Origin: Candidatus Binatia bacterium | GTDB lineage: Bacteria; Desulfobacterota; Binatia; UBA9968; CAXXLF01 | Length of the DNA stretch: 64,000 nt | Assembly (NCBI GenBank): GCA_963664015.2 | Contig: CAXXLF010000001.1 | Span: 1,120,001 to 1,184,000, forward strand | Direction of reading: 5' to 3' | Shown: positions 11,507 to 22,841 of the stretch, piece by piece | Layout: each line of letters opens with the position of its first letter | How positions within the stretch are numbered: position 1 is the first letter of the stretch | The notes under the pieces: generated by a model | Databases searched by the model: none | What the model was told of the DNA's origin: nothing | Seen by the model: only the letters and a program-made list of their open reading frames with translations | Translations under genes and position numbers: made by a program

Positions 11507-11962
11507 CTATTTCTCGCCCGTATGCCCAAACCCTCCATCTTCGCGCTTCGACGAGGGGAGCTCTCCGACCTCTTTCCACTCAGCTCTGCAGACCCTCTGG
11601 AGAACCATCTGAGCGACTCTCTGACCCCGTTTGAGGACTACAGGATCCTTCCCCAAGTTGATAGCAATTAATTGGATCTCGCCACGGTAGTCGGAATCTA
11701 TGGTTCCGGGACTATTGACCAGGGTGACCCCATGTTCCAATGCCATCCCGCTCCTTGGACGGATTTGTGCCTCAAAACCATGGGGTAACGCAACCGCTAT
11801 CCCGGTTGGGATGAGAGCCCGTTCCAACGAACCCAAGACCATTTCTTGGTCTAGATCCGAATAGAGATCCATTCCGACGGCGCCCTCGGTCATGTACCGG
11901 GGCATCGGAAGGGAAGGCTCGCTCCGGCGCACCCACTTTATTTGAACTTCAACCTTCTCCAC
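11507..11962 (-). CDS. dut: dUTP diphosphatase
   Basis: [33 protein letters not shown]. Confidence 0.97.
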   Translation of the reverse strand: MEKVEVQIKWVRRSEPSLPMPRYMTEGAVGMDLYSDLDQEMVLGSLERALIPTGIAVALPHGFEAQIRPRSGMALEHGVTLVNSPGTIDSDYRGEIQLIAINLGKDPVVLKRGQRVAQMVLQRVCRAEWKEVGELPSSKREDGGFGHTGEK

Positions 11963-12002
11963 TAGAGCCGGTCCACAAGATTCTCACTACGGATTCCAAA
12001 GT

Positions 12003-13250
12003 TTAGATTCTGAGGTCTAAGGGGTTTTTTTCAAGATCGCCCAAAAGCGTGAGGGTCATCCCCTCCGGTTGAAGGATTTCACTCGCTAGTTTAATAACGT
12101 CTTCCTTTCTGACAGCCCGAACGCCAGCCGCAATTTCCTCTAGGGATACAGCCGCGTGAAAATAGATCTCGTTTCGGGCGGTATGGCTCATCCATGACCC
12201 GGAGGTTTCGAGGCCCAAAAGAGAGTTGCCAACTATCTGACTCTTAGCCCGGGCCAACTCCTCCTCATCAATCTTGCCACTGATCATGCTACGCATCTCC
12301 GCAGTGACCAAGTCCACCACCTCTTCCACCCATTCGTTTTTGGTCCCGGCATATATCCCCAGATACCCAACATCGCGGTAGGACGCTAAAAAAGAGTAAA
12401 TTGAATAGACCTTCCCCCTCTTCTCACGCACCTCCTGAAAGAGGCGCGAACTCATGCCTCCGCCCAGGAGCGTATTGAGCACATAGGCTGCATAGCGCTG
12501 TTGATGATTCTCCTCAATCCCCGCGCCCCCAAGGCACAGGTGAACCTGCTCCAGTGGTTTCGAATGCTGGAAGACTCCCTCGTGGAACTGGGCCGGGTTC
12601 GAGTCGGCGGTAAGGGGATGTTTTTTGAGCGTCGAAAAGTTATTTTGGACCCTTTCAACGATGTCGTCGTGGTGCAAATTACCAGCACCCGTGATAATGA
12701 TCCGCCCCGGCAAATAACGTTCCCGAACGAAATTGAGAAATTCCTCACGCTGGAAGCCGGAAACAGTAGCAACCTCACCGCAGATGGGTCGACCCAGGGG
12801 ATGCTCACCAAACAGATCTCGATTGAACAGCTCATGCACATAATCGTCGGGGGCGTCCTCGACCTGGCAGATTTCCTGAAGCACAACCGACCTCTCCCGA
12901 TTGATCTCCTCGACGTCGAAGGCCGAATGGAGGAATATATCCGCTAGCAGGTCCATGGCCATGGGAAGATTCTCATCCAATACCTTGGCATAGTAGCAGG
13001 TGTATTCCTTCCCGGTGAAGGCATTGAGTACCCCACCCACCGAGTCCATCTCCTGTGCGATTTGGGTTGCGGTGCGCCGCTCGGTGCCCTTGAATAACAG
13101 GTGCTCTATAAAATGAGAGATCCCACCCTGAGAGGGAGTCTCGTGGCGTGAACCGTTTTCCACCCAGATGCCCACAGTACAGGACCGTGTGTTAGACATC
13201 TCTTCGGTAAGAATACGAATACCGTTATCGATAATTGTTTTTGAATACAT
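12003..13250 (-). CDS. M16B family zinc peptidase (pitrilysin/MPP-like)
   Basis: HFIEH inverted zinc motif, NAFT, GGGMSSRLFQEVRE; conserved pnp-M16-dut synteny. Confidence 0.93.
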   Translation of the reverse strand: MYSKTIIDNGIRILTEEMSNTRSCTVGIWVENGSRHETPSQGGISHFIEHLLFKGTERRTATQIAQEMDSVGGVLNAFTGKEYTCYYAKVLDENLPMAMDLLADIFLHSAFDVEEINRERSVVLQEICQVEDAPDDYVHELFNRDLFGEHPLGRPICGEVATVSGFQREEFLNFVRERYLPGRIIITGAGNLHHDDIVERVQNNFSTLKKHPLTADSNPAQFHEGVFQHSKPLEQVHLCLGGAGIEENHQQRYAAYVLNTLLGGGMSSRLFQEVREKRGKVYSIYSFLASYRDVGYLGIYAGTKNEWVEEVVDLVTAEMRSMISGKIDEEELARAKSQIVGNSLLGLETSGSWMSHTARNEIYFHAAVSLEEIAAGVRAVRKEDVIKLASEILQPEGMTLTLLGDLEKNPLDLRI

Positions 13251-13350
13251 GACTAGAGGGATGGCACTTGGGACAAGCCCCGCGCCTCATGAACAGACCG
13301 GAACCGTCAATCTATTGACGCGACAAAATCTTCTCGTTGCACCACTCAGG

Positions 13351-15465
13351 TTAGGACGTGGACTCTTGGGGGGACTCGGATTCCTCAGCATCGGCGAGGG
13401 CCTCTTTTCGGCTGAGTTTAATTTTTCCTTGTTTATCAATATCTAGGACTTTGACCATTACCTCATCGCCTTCATGAACCACATCGGTCACCTGGCGGAT
13501 ACGCTCGGGGGCGAGTTGAGAGATGTGGACCAGCCCATCAGTTCCGGGAAGGATCTCCACAAAGGCCCCAAAGTCAACCACTCGCCGGACCGTCCCCTTG
13601 TAGATCTTGCCGATCACGGCCTCATCCGTAATGCGTTCAACCATCTCGACTGCCTTTTGAGAAGCCCGTTCGTCGCTCGAAGCAATGGTTACCGTCCCAT
13701 CATCCTGCACATCGATTTTCACACCTGTCGCCTCAACGATGGCACGGATGACCTTACCTCCCGGGCCGATAATCTCACGGATCTTTTCAGGCTTGACCTT
13801 GAGGGTAATAATTCGTGGGGCGTGATCGGAGACTTCCCCACGAGGCTCCCCTAGAGTCGCCTCCATGATCCCCAGGATGTGAAGTCTTCCCTCGCGCGCC
13901 TGGGAAAGGGCCTCGCCCATGATCTCGCGATTGACACCGCCGATCTTGATATCCATTTGGAGTGCAGTGATCCCTTCGCGGGATCCCGCTACTTTGAAAT
14001 CCATGTCTCCCAGGTGGTCCTCGTCTCCCAGGATATCCGAAAGGATGCGGACATCGTCTCCGTCCTTGATCAGACCCATGGCGATACCGGCAACGGGAGC
14101 CTTAATCGGCACCCCGGCATCCATGAGGGAGAGCGACCCGCCACACACCGTAGCCATAGAGGTAGAACCGTTGGACTCGAGGATCTCGGAGACAACGCGC
14201 ATGACATAGGGAAATTTATCTGCCGCAGGCAGCACTTGCAGCAGTGCGCGCTCCGCCAGGGCACCATGGCCGATCTCCCTGCGGCCTGGACCGCGGAGAA
14301 ATTTCACTTCGCCGGTACTGTATGGGGTGAAGTTATAATGGAGCATGAACCTTTTACGATATTCTCCGAGGAGCGCCTCGATCCTCTGCTCATCGGAGGA
14401 TGTCCCCAAGGTGGCTACAACCAAGGCCTGGGTTTCACCACGTGTAAAAATCGCCGAACCGTGGGTACGGGGAAGGACTCCGACCTCGCAAACTATCGGA
14501 CGTATGTCCTTGAGCCCCCTGCCATCAATGCGGAGGCGATCTTTGACAATCAGTTGGCGTACGTGATCGGTTTCGATCTCTTTAAATGCGCTCTTGATCT
14601 CCTTTTCACGGTCCGGAAAATTAACCAGAACTTGAGGCAGGATTTCCGCCTTGACCTCACTTAATCGGATGCTTCGATGACGCTTGTCGGGAACCCGAAT
14701 CGCCTCTTGGATCTTTGCCGTCGCCAGTTCGCGGACTTTCTTCAGTAACGAACCGTCTTTCTCCTCGCGGGTAACCACCCTTTTAGGTCTTCCGATCTCC
14801 CCACGGAACTCCTCTTGGAGTTGCAGGAGCGGTTGCAGGGCTTCATGCCCCTTGAAGAGGGCCTCCAGAATGGCGTCCTCCGGAACGATCTTGGCCCCGC
14901 CCTCGACCATAACGATGCTTTCACGGTTGCCCGCAATAAAGATGTTGAGGTCACTTTCCGGAAGCTGAGTTTGAGTCGGATTGAACACCCATTTTCCGTC
15001 GATTCTCCCCACTCGCACTCCTGCCAGGGGGCCGTTAAAAGGGATATCTGAAACCTCCAAAGCTAGCGAGGTGCCGAGCATAGCCACTACATCCGGATCA
15101 TTTTCCCTGTCAACGGAGAGCACCGTTGCGATGATTTGGGTTTCGCAATTGAATCCATCGGCAAACATGGGGCGGATGGAACGATCGATCGCCCTACAAG
15201 CCAGAATTTCTTTTTCCGACTGGCGCCCCTCTCTCTTAAAAAAGCCTCCGGGAATCTTTCCCGCGGCAAAGGTCCTTTCCTGGTAGTCCACGGTCAAAGG
15301 GAAGAAATCTATTCCTTCCCTGGCCTCATGGGACGCCACGGCGGTCACTAAAACCACCGTTTCGCCATAGGATACCAGTGCAGCACCATCGGCTTGTTTA
15401 GCCACTTTGCCGACTTCTACGGATAGAGGACGGCCATGATAGTCGAATTCTACTTTTTTAGACAT
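13351..15465 (-). CDS. pnp: Polyribonucleotide nucleotidyltransferase
   Basis: [32 protein letters not shown] and S1 domains. Confidence 0.99.
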   Translation of the reverse strand: MSKKVEFDYHGRPLSVEVGKVAKQADGAALVSYGETVVLVTAVASHEAREGIDFFPLTVDYQERTFAAGKIPGGFFKREGRQSEKEILACRAIDRSIRPMFADGFNCETQIIATVLSVDRENDPDVVAMLGTSLALEVSDIPFNGPLAGVRVGRIDGKWVFNPTQTQLPESDLNIFIAGNRESIVMVEGGAKIVPEDAILEALFKGHEALQPLLQLQEEFRGEIGRPKRVVTREEKDGSLLKKVRELATAKIQEAIRVPDKRHRSIRLSEVKAEILPQVLVNFPDREKEIKSAFKEIETDHVRQLIVKDRLRIDGRGLKDIRPIVCEVGVLPRTHGSAIFTRGETQALVVATLGTSSDEQRIEALLGEYRKRFMLHYNFTPYSTGEVKFLRGPGRREIGHGALAERALLQVLPAADKFPYVMRVVSEILESNGSTSMATVCGGSLSLMDAGVPIKAPVAGIAMGLIKDGDDVRILSDILGDEDHLGDMDFKVAGSREGITALQMDIKIGGVNREIMGEALSQAREGRLHILGIMEATLGEPRGEVSDHAPRIITLKVKPEKIREIIGPGGKVIRAIVEATGVKIDVQDDGTVTIASSDERASQKAVEMVERITDEAVIGKIYKGTVRRVVDFGAFVEILPGTDGLVHISQLAPERIRQVTDVVHEGDEVMVKVLDIDKQGKIKLSRKEALADAEESESPQESTS

Positions 15466-15519
15466 ACACAGGACCCTTGTAGTTTGAAGCGAGAATAAAG
15501 AAAACAGCCCGTAGGACCG

Positions 15520-15789
15520 CTACTTTCTGATTCCCAAACGCTGGATAAGGCTTTGATATCTCCCGAAGTCATTTTTCTTGAGATACTCGAGAAGCCTTCT
15601 CCTCTGCCCGACAAGCTTGAGGAGACCAAGACGGGAGTGGTGATCCTTAACGTGGATCTTGAAGTGATCCGTAAGGTATACGATTCGCTGGCTCAGTAGG
15701 GCGACCTGCACCTCAGCTGACCCGGTGTCGGAAGTGTGCAGTTTATACTGCTCAATGGTCTCTCGCTTTTGATTTTGAGCAATCGCCAT
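15520..15789 (-). CDS. rpsO: 30S ribosomal protein S15
   Basis: [32 protein letters not shown]. Confidence 0.99.
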   Translation of the reverse strand: MAIAQNQKRETIEQYKLHTSDTGSAEVQVALLSQRIVYLTDHFKIHVKDHHSRLGLLKLVGQRRRLLEYLKKNDFGRYQSLIQRLGIRK

Positions 15790-15835
15790 ATGCCCTCTGT
15801 TTACTTTCTCTGCCTTTGCTCCTTAATTTTTATAT

Positions 15836-15864
15836 TTTCTAGCACAGTCCAACATTCATGTAAA
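15836..15864 (-). promoter_or_regulatory. Putative sigma70 promoter for rpsO
   Basis: TTTACA-17 nt-TAGAAA with a TG extension on the minus strand. Confidence 0.55.
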
Positions 15865-15916
15865 GCGCAGTAATCCATGGAATTGAATTTCTTTGGGAGG
15901 CCAAAAACAATCTCCC

Positions 15917-16825
15917 TTAAGGTCTCGGTTGAGGGGCAAAAACACGCAGCAGCTGCCATCGACCTCCCCCTTCCCCATCGGCCCATTGTGCCAAGGCAAC
16001 CAGATTGCCCGAGCCATCCAAAAGGCCCGCCAGCCCCCCTCGGCTCTCCGAGTCACCCAGTTCCCCCAGGACATCTTGTTGACCGGCCTGGAGGCGTGTA
16101 ACCCCAGAAGGACTCAAAGAAAACCACGGTATAGCTCCTAAAGCCTCAACCAATGGAACCAGGGGAGCCTTTCCTTGATGCCACAGGGACTCGAGGTCCT
16201 CCAAAGGCACCGCTCGATCAATCCCCAAGTCTCCGCAGCTGAGGCGGCGTAAGCTCTTCAAATGCCCCTCGCATTCCAGGGAAGCACCCATATCGGCCGC
16301 CAGGGTACGGATGTAGGTGCCTTTAGAACAGCTCACCTCAAAGCCAAGTTCGTCCCGACCTAGCTTCCATAACCGGAGTTGATCAATTCTCACCTGGCGT
16401 TTGGCCCTCTCAACGCTCTTCCCCTGGCGGGCCAGTCGGTACAAGGGAACTCCCCCCTTTTTCAGCGCCGAAAACATGGGCGGGAGCTGCCACAGAAGAC
16501 CGGTAAAGGCCTCACGCAGTCGTTCCAGGTCAGGTGTGTCCAATGGGGGGACCTCGTGGACGCCCAGCACCTTGCCTGTGCAATCCTGAGTGTCAGTCTC
16601 TACCCCCAGTACGATGGTCCCCGTGTAGCTTTTAGATGCAGTCAAAAAGAGCTGGGCGATCTTTGTGCCTTCGTTGATGCCCACCAGCAGAAGACCTGAG
16701 GCGAAGGGATCCAGGCTACCAAGATGACCAACTTTTTTGGCACCGAGAACCGCCTTGATCCTTTGCACCACACGGCTAGAGGTTGGCCCCACCGGCTTGT
16801 CAATGAGGAGAATGCCACTTTCCAT
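15917..16825 (-). CDS. truB: tRNA pseudouridine(55) synthase
   Basis: IDKPVG, GHLGSLDPFASG, CSKGTYIRTL. Confidence 0.97.
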   Translation of the reverse strand: MESGILLIDKPVGPTSSRVVQRIKAVLGAKKVGHLGSLDPFASGLLLVGINEGTKIAQLFLTASKSYTGTIVLGVETDTQDCTGKVLGVHEVPPLDTPDLERLREAFTGLLWQLPPMFSALKKGGVPLYRLARQGKSVERAKRQVRIDQLRLWKLGRDELGFEVSCSKGTYIRTLAADMGASLECEGHLKSLRRLSCGDLGIDRAVPLEDLESLWHQGKAPLVPLVEALGAIPWFSLSPSGVTRLQAGQQDVLGELGDSESRGGLAGLLDGSGNLVALAQWADGEGGGRWQLLRVFAPQPRP

Positions 16826-16855
16826 CGTTTAGATAATTGCCAATGCACTATTTAT

Positions 16856-16899
16856 GAAGCCTCCACGGGGCTACGCCCGTGGTCTTCTGCGAAGGCGGA
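16856..16899. mobile_element. Possible isolated IS200/IS605-type end (hairpin remnant)
   Basis: CCACGGG-GCTACG-CCCGTGG hairpin followed by TCTTCTGCGAAGGCGG. Resembles, from recollection, the subterminal hairpins of IS200/IS605 elements; no transposase nearby. Confidence 0.45.
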
Positions 16900-16962
16900 G
16901 AAACTGGGGACCGAATCCTCCAAGTTGATGATGCCGCGCCTCCACCCTATCCATTGGGTTCA

Positions 16963-17310
16963 CTATTTGTCTTCGCTGACCTGCCGAAGAAGCGCTTCGA
17001 TCCGTTGGGCGGTTGCTTGGGTTTCGTCGTAAATAAATTCAAGGGTCGGTACGTAACGCAACTTGAGTTCCCTCCCCATTTTGGCTCGGATAAACCCCGT
17101 GGCACTTCGTAGGCCAGCCAGGACTTCCTCCTTTTCTTGCCCCTCCACGAGTAAACTGAAATAGACCCTGGCGTTCTTCAGGTCATTGCTAACTTGGGCA
17201 CCCGTGAGGGTCACAACACCGACCCGGGGGTCGTTAATTTCTCGCGGCAGCAGTTTAGAGATAAATTCTACAATTAGATCTCCAACCCGCTCTGAGCGTT
17301 TCGATTGCAT
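16963..17310 (-). CDS. rbfA: 30S ribosome-binding factor
   Basis: RSERVGD, DPRV, DLKNARVY, LRYVPTLEFIYD. Confidence 0.97.
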   Translation of the reverse strand: MQSKRSERVGDLIVEFISKLLPREINDPRVGVVTLTGAQVSNDLKNARVYFSLLVEGQEKEEVLAGLRSATGFIRAKMGRELKLRYVPTLEFIYDETQATAQRIEALLRQVSEDK

Positions 17311-17360
17311 AGTTTCTTTTTTGAGAGGAAGGAATCGACCACCAATGCGGGGGGCAAGAA

Positions 17361-17648
17361 CTATACGTGAAAGATCTCGATCTCGGTTTCCCCTACCTGA
17401 CCCAACTTCAGCTGATCCACAAAATGAATAACCTTTTGCAGTGTGGCATCCACAACCTTTTGACTGCTACCGACCACCCCGAAGCCTAAGATTGCGCTAT
17501 GCCACAGGTCCTGATTCCCACATTCGGTTACGGAGATATGAAACCGGTGAATAACCCGGGCCTGGACCCTGCGAAGGACACTCCTCTTTCCCTTCAGAGA
17601 ATGATTCTCCGGCAGGATGAGATTGAGCTTCATCACTCCGACAACCAT
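17361..17648 (-). CDS. DUF503 (YlxP-like) protein
   Basis: SLKGKRSV motif; lies between infB and rbfA. Confidence 0.9.
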   Translation of the reverse strand: MVVGVMKLNLILPENHSLKGKRSVLRRVQARVIHRFHISVTECGNQDLWHSAILGFGVVGSSQKVVDATLQKVIHFVDQLKLGQVGETEIEIFHV

Positions 17649-17672
17649 GTGGAAGAGGATTGGGAGTTGGCG

Positions 17673-20390
17673 TCAGCGCTCCTCAGCCCCTGTAGACTGA
17701 GATGTCTGGGCCGTTGAGCTCGGTCCAAGCCGACGGGGCACAGCCACCTTCTGGTAGGCCTCAATGATATCCCCAACCTTAACATCCTGATATCCCGCAA
17801 TGCCGATACCACACTCGTATCCCGTGGCCACTTCCCGAATATCATCCTTGAAGCGCCTCAGGCTGGCCACTGCTCCCTCAAAGACCACTACCTGGTCCCG
17901 GATCAGACGGATCAGGCTGGCACGCTGGACTTTTCCATCGGTCACGTAGGAACCGGCCACGGTTCCCACCCCGCGCACATTGAAGGTTTCACGCACCTGA
18001 GCACGGCCTTGAATCTCTTCCTTATAAGTGGGTTCCAGTAGCCCCTCCAGCGCCGCCCTGATATCGCCCAGAACGTCGTAGATTACCGTATAGAGCCGGA
18101 CATCCACCCCCTCCTGACTAGCCAAGGCACTGGCCTTTACCTCGGGTCGTACATTAAAGCCAATGACAATCGTATTGGAGGCTGCGGCCAACAGCACGTC
18201 GCTTTCCGTAATTCCACCAACGGCGCTATGAACCACTCGAACCTTGACCTCGTCTGTGGACAAACGATTCATGGCATCGGTCAGGGCCTCAACCGAACCG
18301 TGCACGTCGGCCTTGAGGACCACTTGGAGTTCCCTGACACCTCCGGCCTTGACCTGCTCGTAGAACTCTTCAAGAGAGACCTTGCTGGATTTGGCCAGAT
18401 CTGTCTCCCTTTGCCTGTCTTGCTGGTGCTCTGCAATTTGTCTCGCCTTGGACTCGTCGGACAAGGCGCTGAAGGTCTCGCCCGCCTGCGGCACCCCTTG
18501 GAGTCCGAGGATCTCCACCGGGAAGGAAGGTGGGGCCTCTTCCGTCTTTCGTCCACGGGCATCGATCATCGCACGTACCTTGCCGGAGAAAATTCCGCAC
18601 ACCACTGAATCTCCTACTCTGAGGGTTCCTTCCTGTACCAGCACAGTCGCAACAGGGCCTTTCCCTTTATCCAACCGAGCCTCTACCACTGCGCCCCGTG
18701 CCAGCTTGTCCGGATTGGCCTTGAGTTCCAAAATATCCGCTTGCAACAAAAGCATGCCCAACAAATCCGATATGCCCGCTTTGCTCTGAGCCGAAACCGG
18801 TACCATGATGGTGTCACCACCCCAGTCTTCCGATACCAGACCCCGTTCCGACAACCCCCGCTTGACCCGATCTACGTTGGCGTCATGCTTGTCGATTTTG
18901 TTAATGGCGACCACAATGGGAACTCCCGCGGCGCGGGCATGGTCAATAGCTTCAACGGTTTGTGGCATAACACCGTCGTCGGCAGCAACGACCAAAACCA
19001 CGATGTCAGTTACCTTGGCTCCTCGGGCCCGCATAGCCGTGAAGGCTTCATGTCCCGGAGTGTCGAGAAAGGTTACGCTCCGTCCCTCCACATCCGTCCG
19101 ATAGGCGCCAATGTGCTGGGTGATCCCCCCTGCCTCCTGTCTCGTGACATCGGTACTGCGGATGGCATCGAGCAGCGAGGTCTTACCATGGTCAACGTGC
19201 CCCATCATGGTGACGACGGATGGTCGAGGCTTGAGCGCCACCTCGGGTTCATCAACCTCGTGTTCAACCTCCAGAGCCGACTCCACGTTGAGGGCTACGT
19301 TTTCTACCTGATAATCAAACTCTGCGGCTACCAGACTCGCCGTATCCAAATCGATGACTTGATTAAGGGTCGCCATGACTCCCAGGCTCATGAGCTTCTT
19401 GATGACTGCACCGGTCTTCACACCCATATTCTTGCAAAGGTCGCCCACACTGATAGCGTCGGAGATCCTGACCACACGTTTAATCGCCTTGGGTACCGTA
19501 ATCTCGGTTTTCTTCTGATCTTTTCCGGGCAAGGCCCTCTTCTTTTTGGGCATATAACCGGGTCGGAACTCTCGCCCGCGCTGCTCGAGACCCTCTTGGC
19601 GTTTAATGACACGCTTTTTATGTCGAACGCCTTTGGTATCCTTTCCTTTATCCTCACTAACCTCCTCGCCCGCTTTACGTTCTTCCTTACGCTCTGGGGG
19701 GGGGCCGGCCAGCGGCACAACCGGTCCCGGTTCCTGAGGCGCCGGTTCCTGAGGCGCCGGTTCCTGAGGCGCCGGTTCCTGAGGGGCCTTTTCCTTCGGG
19801 GCTTTTTTAGGCTCCACTTCGTTGAGCTTTTTTAGATCGATTCTCCCAATGACCCGGGCTCCCCTTCTCTCTTCGAGCACAGGAGCCGGGGTGGGCTCTT
19901 TGAGGACCTTTTCCTCCGGTGCCTCCCGCATCTCAACGGCCGGCGGGACAGCCTGCTCCGTCTCGGTTTCCAAAGAAGGAGGCCGAACAGCGCCGACTGA
20001 AGGTTGGGGCTCTTCTACAGAAGGAATAATTGGCGGGGTCGCGGTGGACGGTGGTGACTGTTGAACAACATCCTCACGACTGGTGCGGCGTCGAATCACA
20101 TTGGCCCGCACTCTTCTTTCCACCACCTTCTCCCGGGCCTGGATCTCTCCAAGGATTTCATCCTGACCGGTTACAACCCGGTCCGCCGTCACCTTTTCCT
20201 TGCCAACCTGGACCTGAGGTTTCTCCTCCGCCACCAGATCCGAACGAACACTGGCCTCCTCTAAGCCCTCCAGGGAACTCTGCGATCTTTTGCCTCGAAT
20301 GCCCAGCTTTTCCAACCGAGCAATGAGATCCTTTGGTTCCATCCCTAACTCTTTCGCCAGTTGATGAACCCTAATCTTACTCATCGGCAT
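17673..20390 (-). CDS. infB: Translation initiation factor IF-2
   Basis: [26 protein letters not shown]; start may be 20384. Confidence 0.99.
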   Translation of the reverse strand: MPMSKIRVHQLAKELGMEPKDLIARLEKLGIRGKRSQSSLEGLEEASVRSDLVAEEKPQVQVGKEKVTADRVVTGQDEILGEIQAREKVVERRVRANVIRRRTSREDVVQQSPPSTATPPIIPSVEEPQPSVGAVRPPSLETETEQAVPPAVEMREAPEEKVLKEPTPAPVLEERRGARVIGRIDLKKLNEVEPKKAPKEKAPQEPAPQEPAPQEPAPQEPGPVVPLAGPPPERKEERKAGEEVSEDKGKDTKGVRHKKRVIKRQEGLEQRGREFRPGYMPKKKRALPGKDQKKTEITVPKAIKRVVRISDAISVGDLCKNMGVKTGAVIKKLMSLGVMATLNQVIDLDTASLVAAEFDYQVENVALNVESALEVEHEVDEPEVALKPRPSVVTMMGHVDHGKTSLLDAIRSTDVTRQEAGGITQHIGAYRTDVEGRSVTFLDTPGHEAFTAMRARGAKVTDIVVLVVAADDGVMPQTVEAIDHARAAGVPIVVAINKIDKHDANVDRVKRGLSERGLVSEDWGGDTIMVPVSAQSKAGISDLLGMLLLQADILELKANPDKLARGAVVEARLDKGKGPVATVLVQEGTLRVGDSVVCGIFSGKVRAMIDARGRKTEEAPPSFPVEILGLQGVPQAGETFSALSDESKARQIAEHQQDRQRETDLAKSSKVSLEEFYEQVKAGGVRELQVVLKADVHGSVEALTDAMNRLSTDEVKVRVVHSAVGGITESDVLLAAASNTIVIGFNVRPEVKASALASQEGVDVRLYTVIYDVLGDIRAALEGLLEPTYKEEIQGRAQVRETFNVRGVGTVAGSYVTDGKVQRASLIRLIRDQVVVFEGAVASLRRFKDDIREVATGYECGIGIAGYQDVKVGDIIEAYQKVAVPRRLGPSSTAQTSQSTGAEER
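19727..19786. repeat. 4 x 15-bp tandem repeat in infB (APQEP x4)
   Basis: CCGGTTCCTGAGGCG: three perfect copies and one with a single mismatch. Confidence 0.95.
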
Positions 20391-20658
20391 TCTCCCAGCT
20401 TCGTTCGCGCAATTCGTGAATCAGCTTGATCCGGGCCTCCCGTCCAATTTCCATATGGAAGGCCCGATAAAATTTCTTCTTTCCTAAACACGACTCCCAA
20501 CACTCCTCCCGCTTGTGCAGATACCCCCCACGGCCAGGCCCCTGATCCTGTAGTTTCAACTCCCCCGACAGGTCGGCCTCCAGGCGTAGCATGTGATCCT
20601 GCTGATCCCTGGCGCCACATCCAAGACAGGTTCGTACCGGGTGGTGCCCCCGTTTCAC
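20377..20658 (-). CDS. ylxR: YlxR/RnpM family RNA-binding protein (DUF448)
   Basis: [14 protein letters not shown]; lies between nusA and infB. Confidence 0.9.
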   Translation of the reverse strand: MKRGHHPVRTCLGCGARDQQDHMLRLEADLSGELKLQDQGPGRGGYLHKREECWESCLGKKKFYRAFHMEIGREARIKLIHELRERSWENADE

Positions 20659-20669
20659 AGTCGTCCCAC

Positions 20670-22121
20670 CTATGCTTGCTTTTTCCCATCTCCTTCGGGT
20701 GCCACAGCGGGTTCATAACCGGCCCCCGTTTCATCCGCCGTACTTGAGGCTTCCTCCTTCGCTGCAGGTTGCACCGCAACCGCTTCCTCTGCCCCACCAG
20801 CCGCCTCGGCTTCCGGTTGCGCCGCGACCGCTTCTTCTACCGCGGCGGCCTCCTCGGCCTTTTCTTCCTCTTCCAGTCTCCTCTTCTCCTCCACGTAGAT
20901 GCGGCTTGACTTGTAAATAGCTTCGGCTTTCTCAGCCCCGAAGCCATCCACCTCCTGGATCGCTTCCAATTCGGCCTCAGCTAGTTCCTCCGCCGATTTG
21001 AAGCCCGCCTGATAGAGAAGCTCCGCGATCATATCGTTGACACCCGGAACCGCGCCTATGGAAATGCGCGCCCGGCGGTTCTCCTCGTCTGCCTCGGATT
21101 CGCCACGAACATCAATTTTCCAACCTGTGAGCCGTGAGGCAAGCCGCACGTTCTGACCTTTTCTTCCTATGGCCAAAGAGAGCTGCTCGTCAGGAACGAT
21201 CGCCTCCATGCTGTGCTCATCTTCGGAAATAATGACCTTGGCCACCTTGGCCGGTGCTAAGGCACGGCAGACATACTCGGCCTGATCCTCAGTCCAGTGT
21301 ACAATATCAATTTTTTCGCCCCGAAGTTCTTGGACTACGGACTGGACCCGGGTCCCCCTCATGCCGACACAGGCTCCCACCGGATCCACATCCGGATCCC
21401 TGGAAACCACCGAAATCTTAGCACGCCCCCCGGGCTCCCGGGCGACTCCTTTAACTTCAACGATTCCCTCATAGATCTCGGGAACCTCCTGGACAAAGAG
21501 CTTCATCAACATTGCAGGATGGGTCCGCGAAAGAACAATTTGGGGTCCACGACTGGTCATCTCCACGCTAACGATGTGGGCTCGAATTCGGTCATTCTGG
21601 CGGTATCGTTCCCGAGGGACCTGTTCCTTTTCCGGCAGAATGGCGTTGGTCCTGCCCAGATTGACAATGATGCTTTTTTTCTCGAATCGCTGGACGATCC
21701 CGTTGATCAATTCGCCTTCACGTTGTTTAAACTCGTTATAGATGATCTCGCGCTCTGCGTCCCGCACCCTCTGAACGATGTTTTGTTTAGCCGCCTGGGC
21801 GGCAATCCGACCGAATGAACTCGAATCGAGCTTGCTCAGCAGCTCATCTCCCAACTCGGCTTCGGGGTCGAGGGTCTCCTTAGCCTCCTGAAGAGAGATT
21901 TCGACATCAGGCTCTGCCACATGTTCCACAATTCGCTTGGTCTCGAAAAGCTCCACTTCACCCAATTCCGAATTGTACTGGGCCTCGATCTTGCGCTCAG
22001 GCCCAAAGGTCTTCTTGGCCGCTGAGATCATGGCGTTTTCCAAGGCGCTGATCAGAATGCTCTTATCAATCCCCTTCTCCTTACTGACCTGTTCAATCAC
22101 TCGGTTTAAATCTTGATTCAT
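20670..22121 (-). CDS. nusA: Transcription termination factor NusA
   Basis: FGRIAAQAAKQ, AREPGGRAK, GACVG, AIGRKGQNVRLA; GGAG RBS before 22121. Confidence 0.98.
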   Translation of the reverse strand: MNQDLNRVIEQVSKEKGIDKSILISALENAMISAAKKTFGPERKIEAQYNSELGEVELFETKRIVEHVAEPDVEISLQEAKETLDPEAELGDELLSKLDSSSFGRIAAQAAKQNIVQRVRDAEREIIYNEFKQREGELINGIVQRFEKKSIIVNLGRTNAILPEKEQVPRERYRQNDRIRAHIVSVEMTSRGPQIVLSRTHPAMLMKLFVQEVPEIYEGIVEVKGVAREPGGRAKISVVSRDPDVDPVGACVGMRGTRVQSVVQELRGEKIDIVHWTEDQAEYVCRALAPAKVAKVIISEDEHSMEAIVPDEQLSLAIGRKGQNVRLASRLTGWKIDVRGESEADEENRRARISIGAVPGVNDMIAELLYQAGFKSAEELAEAELEAIQEVDGFGAEKAEAIYKSSRIYVEEKRRLEEEEKAEEAAAVEEAVAAQPEAEAAGGAEEAVAVQPAAKEEASSTADETGAGYEPAVAPEGDGKKQA

Positions 22122-22198
22122 GGCTTCTCCAAATCTCAATTGCCCAGCACCGGGCAACTCATTTCTAACTGCGGCGCATGGGAACATCCACCCTTTAT

Positions 22199-22687
22199 TT
22201 ATTTGGGTTTGATTCCTTGATCCCATTCATGCTCATAATTTGCCTTCTCTATCAGGGAATATGGAATACGCACCTCCACACTATCCTGGAGGATCACGAT
22301 TCCATCGTCAGTTGAGTGTTTGAGTAGACCCAAGTAGGATTTCCGGCCCTCGATCATCTCTCGGGTCCGAATCCGAACTTTTTTGCCAACGTAGCGGCTG
22401 AAATGCTCGGGTCTCTTGAGCAAGCGGTTAATACCTGGAGAAGATACCTCCAAGGTATAAGACCTTTCCGTCACTTCGTGAACATCCAGAAGATCGCTCA
22501 ACTGACGACTCACCCGGGTTAACTCGCCGAGATTGGGCCCGCCGTCTTTATCCAGGTACAGCCTAAGCACCCAACCTCCGCGCCCCTCTCGGCGGAACTC
22601 TATGTCAAAGATTTCCAACCCCTCATCAACCGCCACCGGTGTCGCGAGCTCCCACACCCACGAGATTACAGAATCGTCTTCCATCAT
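22199..22687 (-). CDS. rimP: Ribosome maturation factor RimP
   Basis: LRLYLDK, YTLEVSSPGINR. Confidence 0.96.
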   Translation of the reverse strand: MMEDDSVISWVWELATPVAVDEGLEIFDIEFRREGRGGWVLRLYLDKDGGPNLGELTRVSRQLSDLLDVHEVTERSYTLEVSSPGINRLLKRPEHFSRYVGKKVRIRTREMIEGRKSYLGLLKHSTDDGIVILQDSVEVRIPYSLIEKANYEHEWDQGIKPK

Positions 22688-22698
22688 ACCCCCAAAAC

Positions 22699-22724
22699 AA
22701 AAAAAGCGGGCACAGGCCCACTTT
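22699..22724 (-). promoter_or_regulatory. rimP leader hairpin (terminator-like)
   Basis: Minus strand AAAGTGGGC-CTGT-GCCCGCTTTTTTT directly upstream of rimP; matches the known conserved rimP-leader pattern. Confidence 0.75.
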
Positions 22725-22751
22725 GGGAGTCACATCCAAAGGTCCAAGATT

Positions 22752-22780
22752 TTTCTATCACGCGACCCTGTGGATTGCAA
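22752..22780 (-). promoter_or_regulatory. Putative sigma70 promoter of the rimP-nusA-infB operon
   Basis: TTGCAA-17 nt-TAGAAA with a TG extension, upstream of the leader. Confidence 0.6.
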
Positions 22781-22841
22781 GGCGCTTGCCCAGGGCATTT
22801 GATCTGCTATGATTCGAACTTGCATGGCAGCATTGGCAAAA

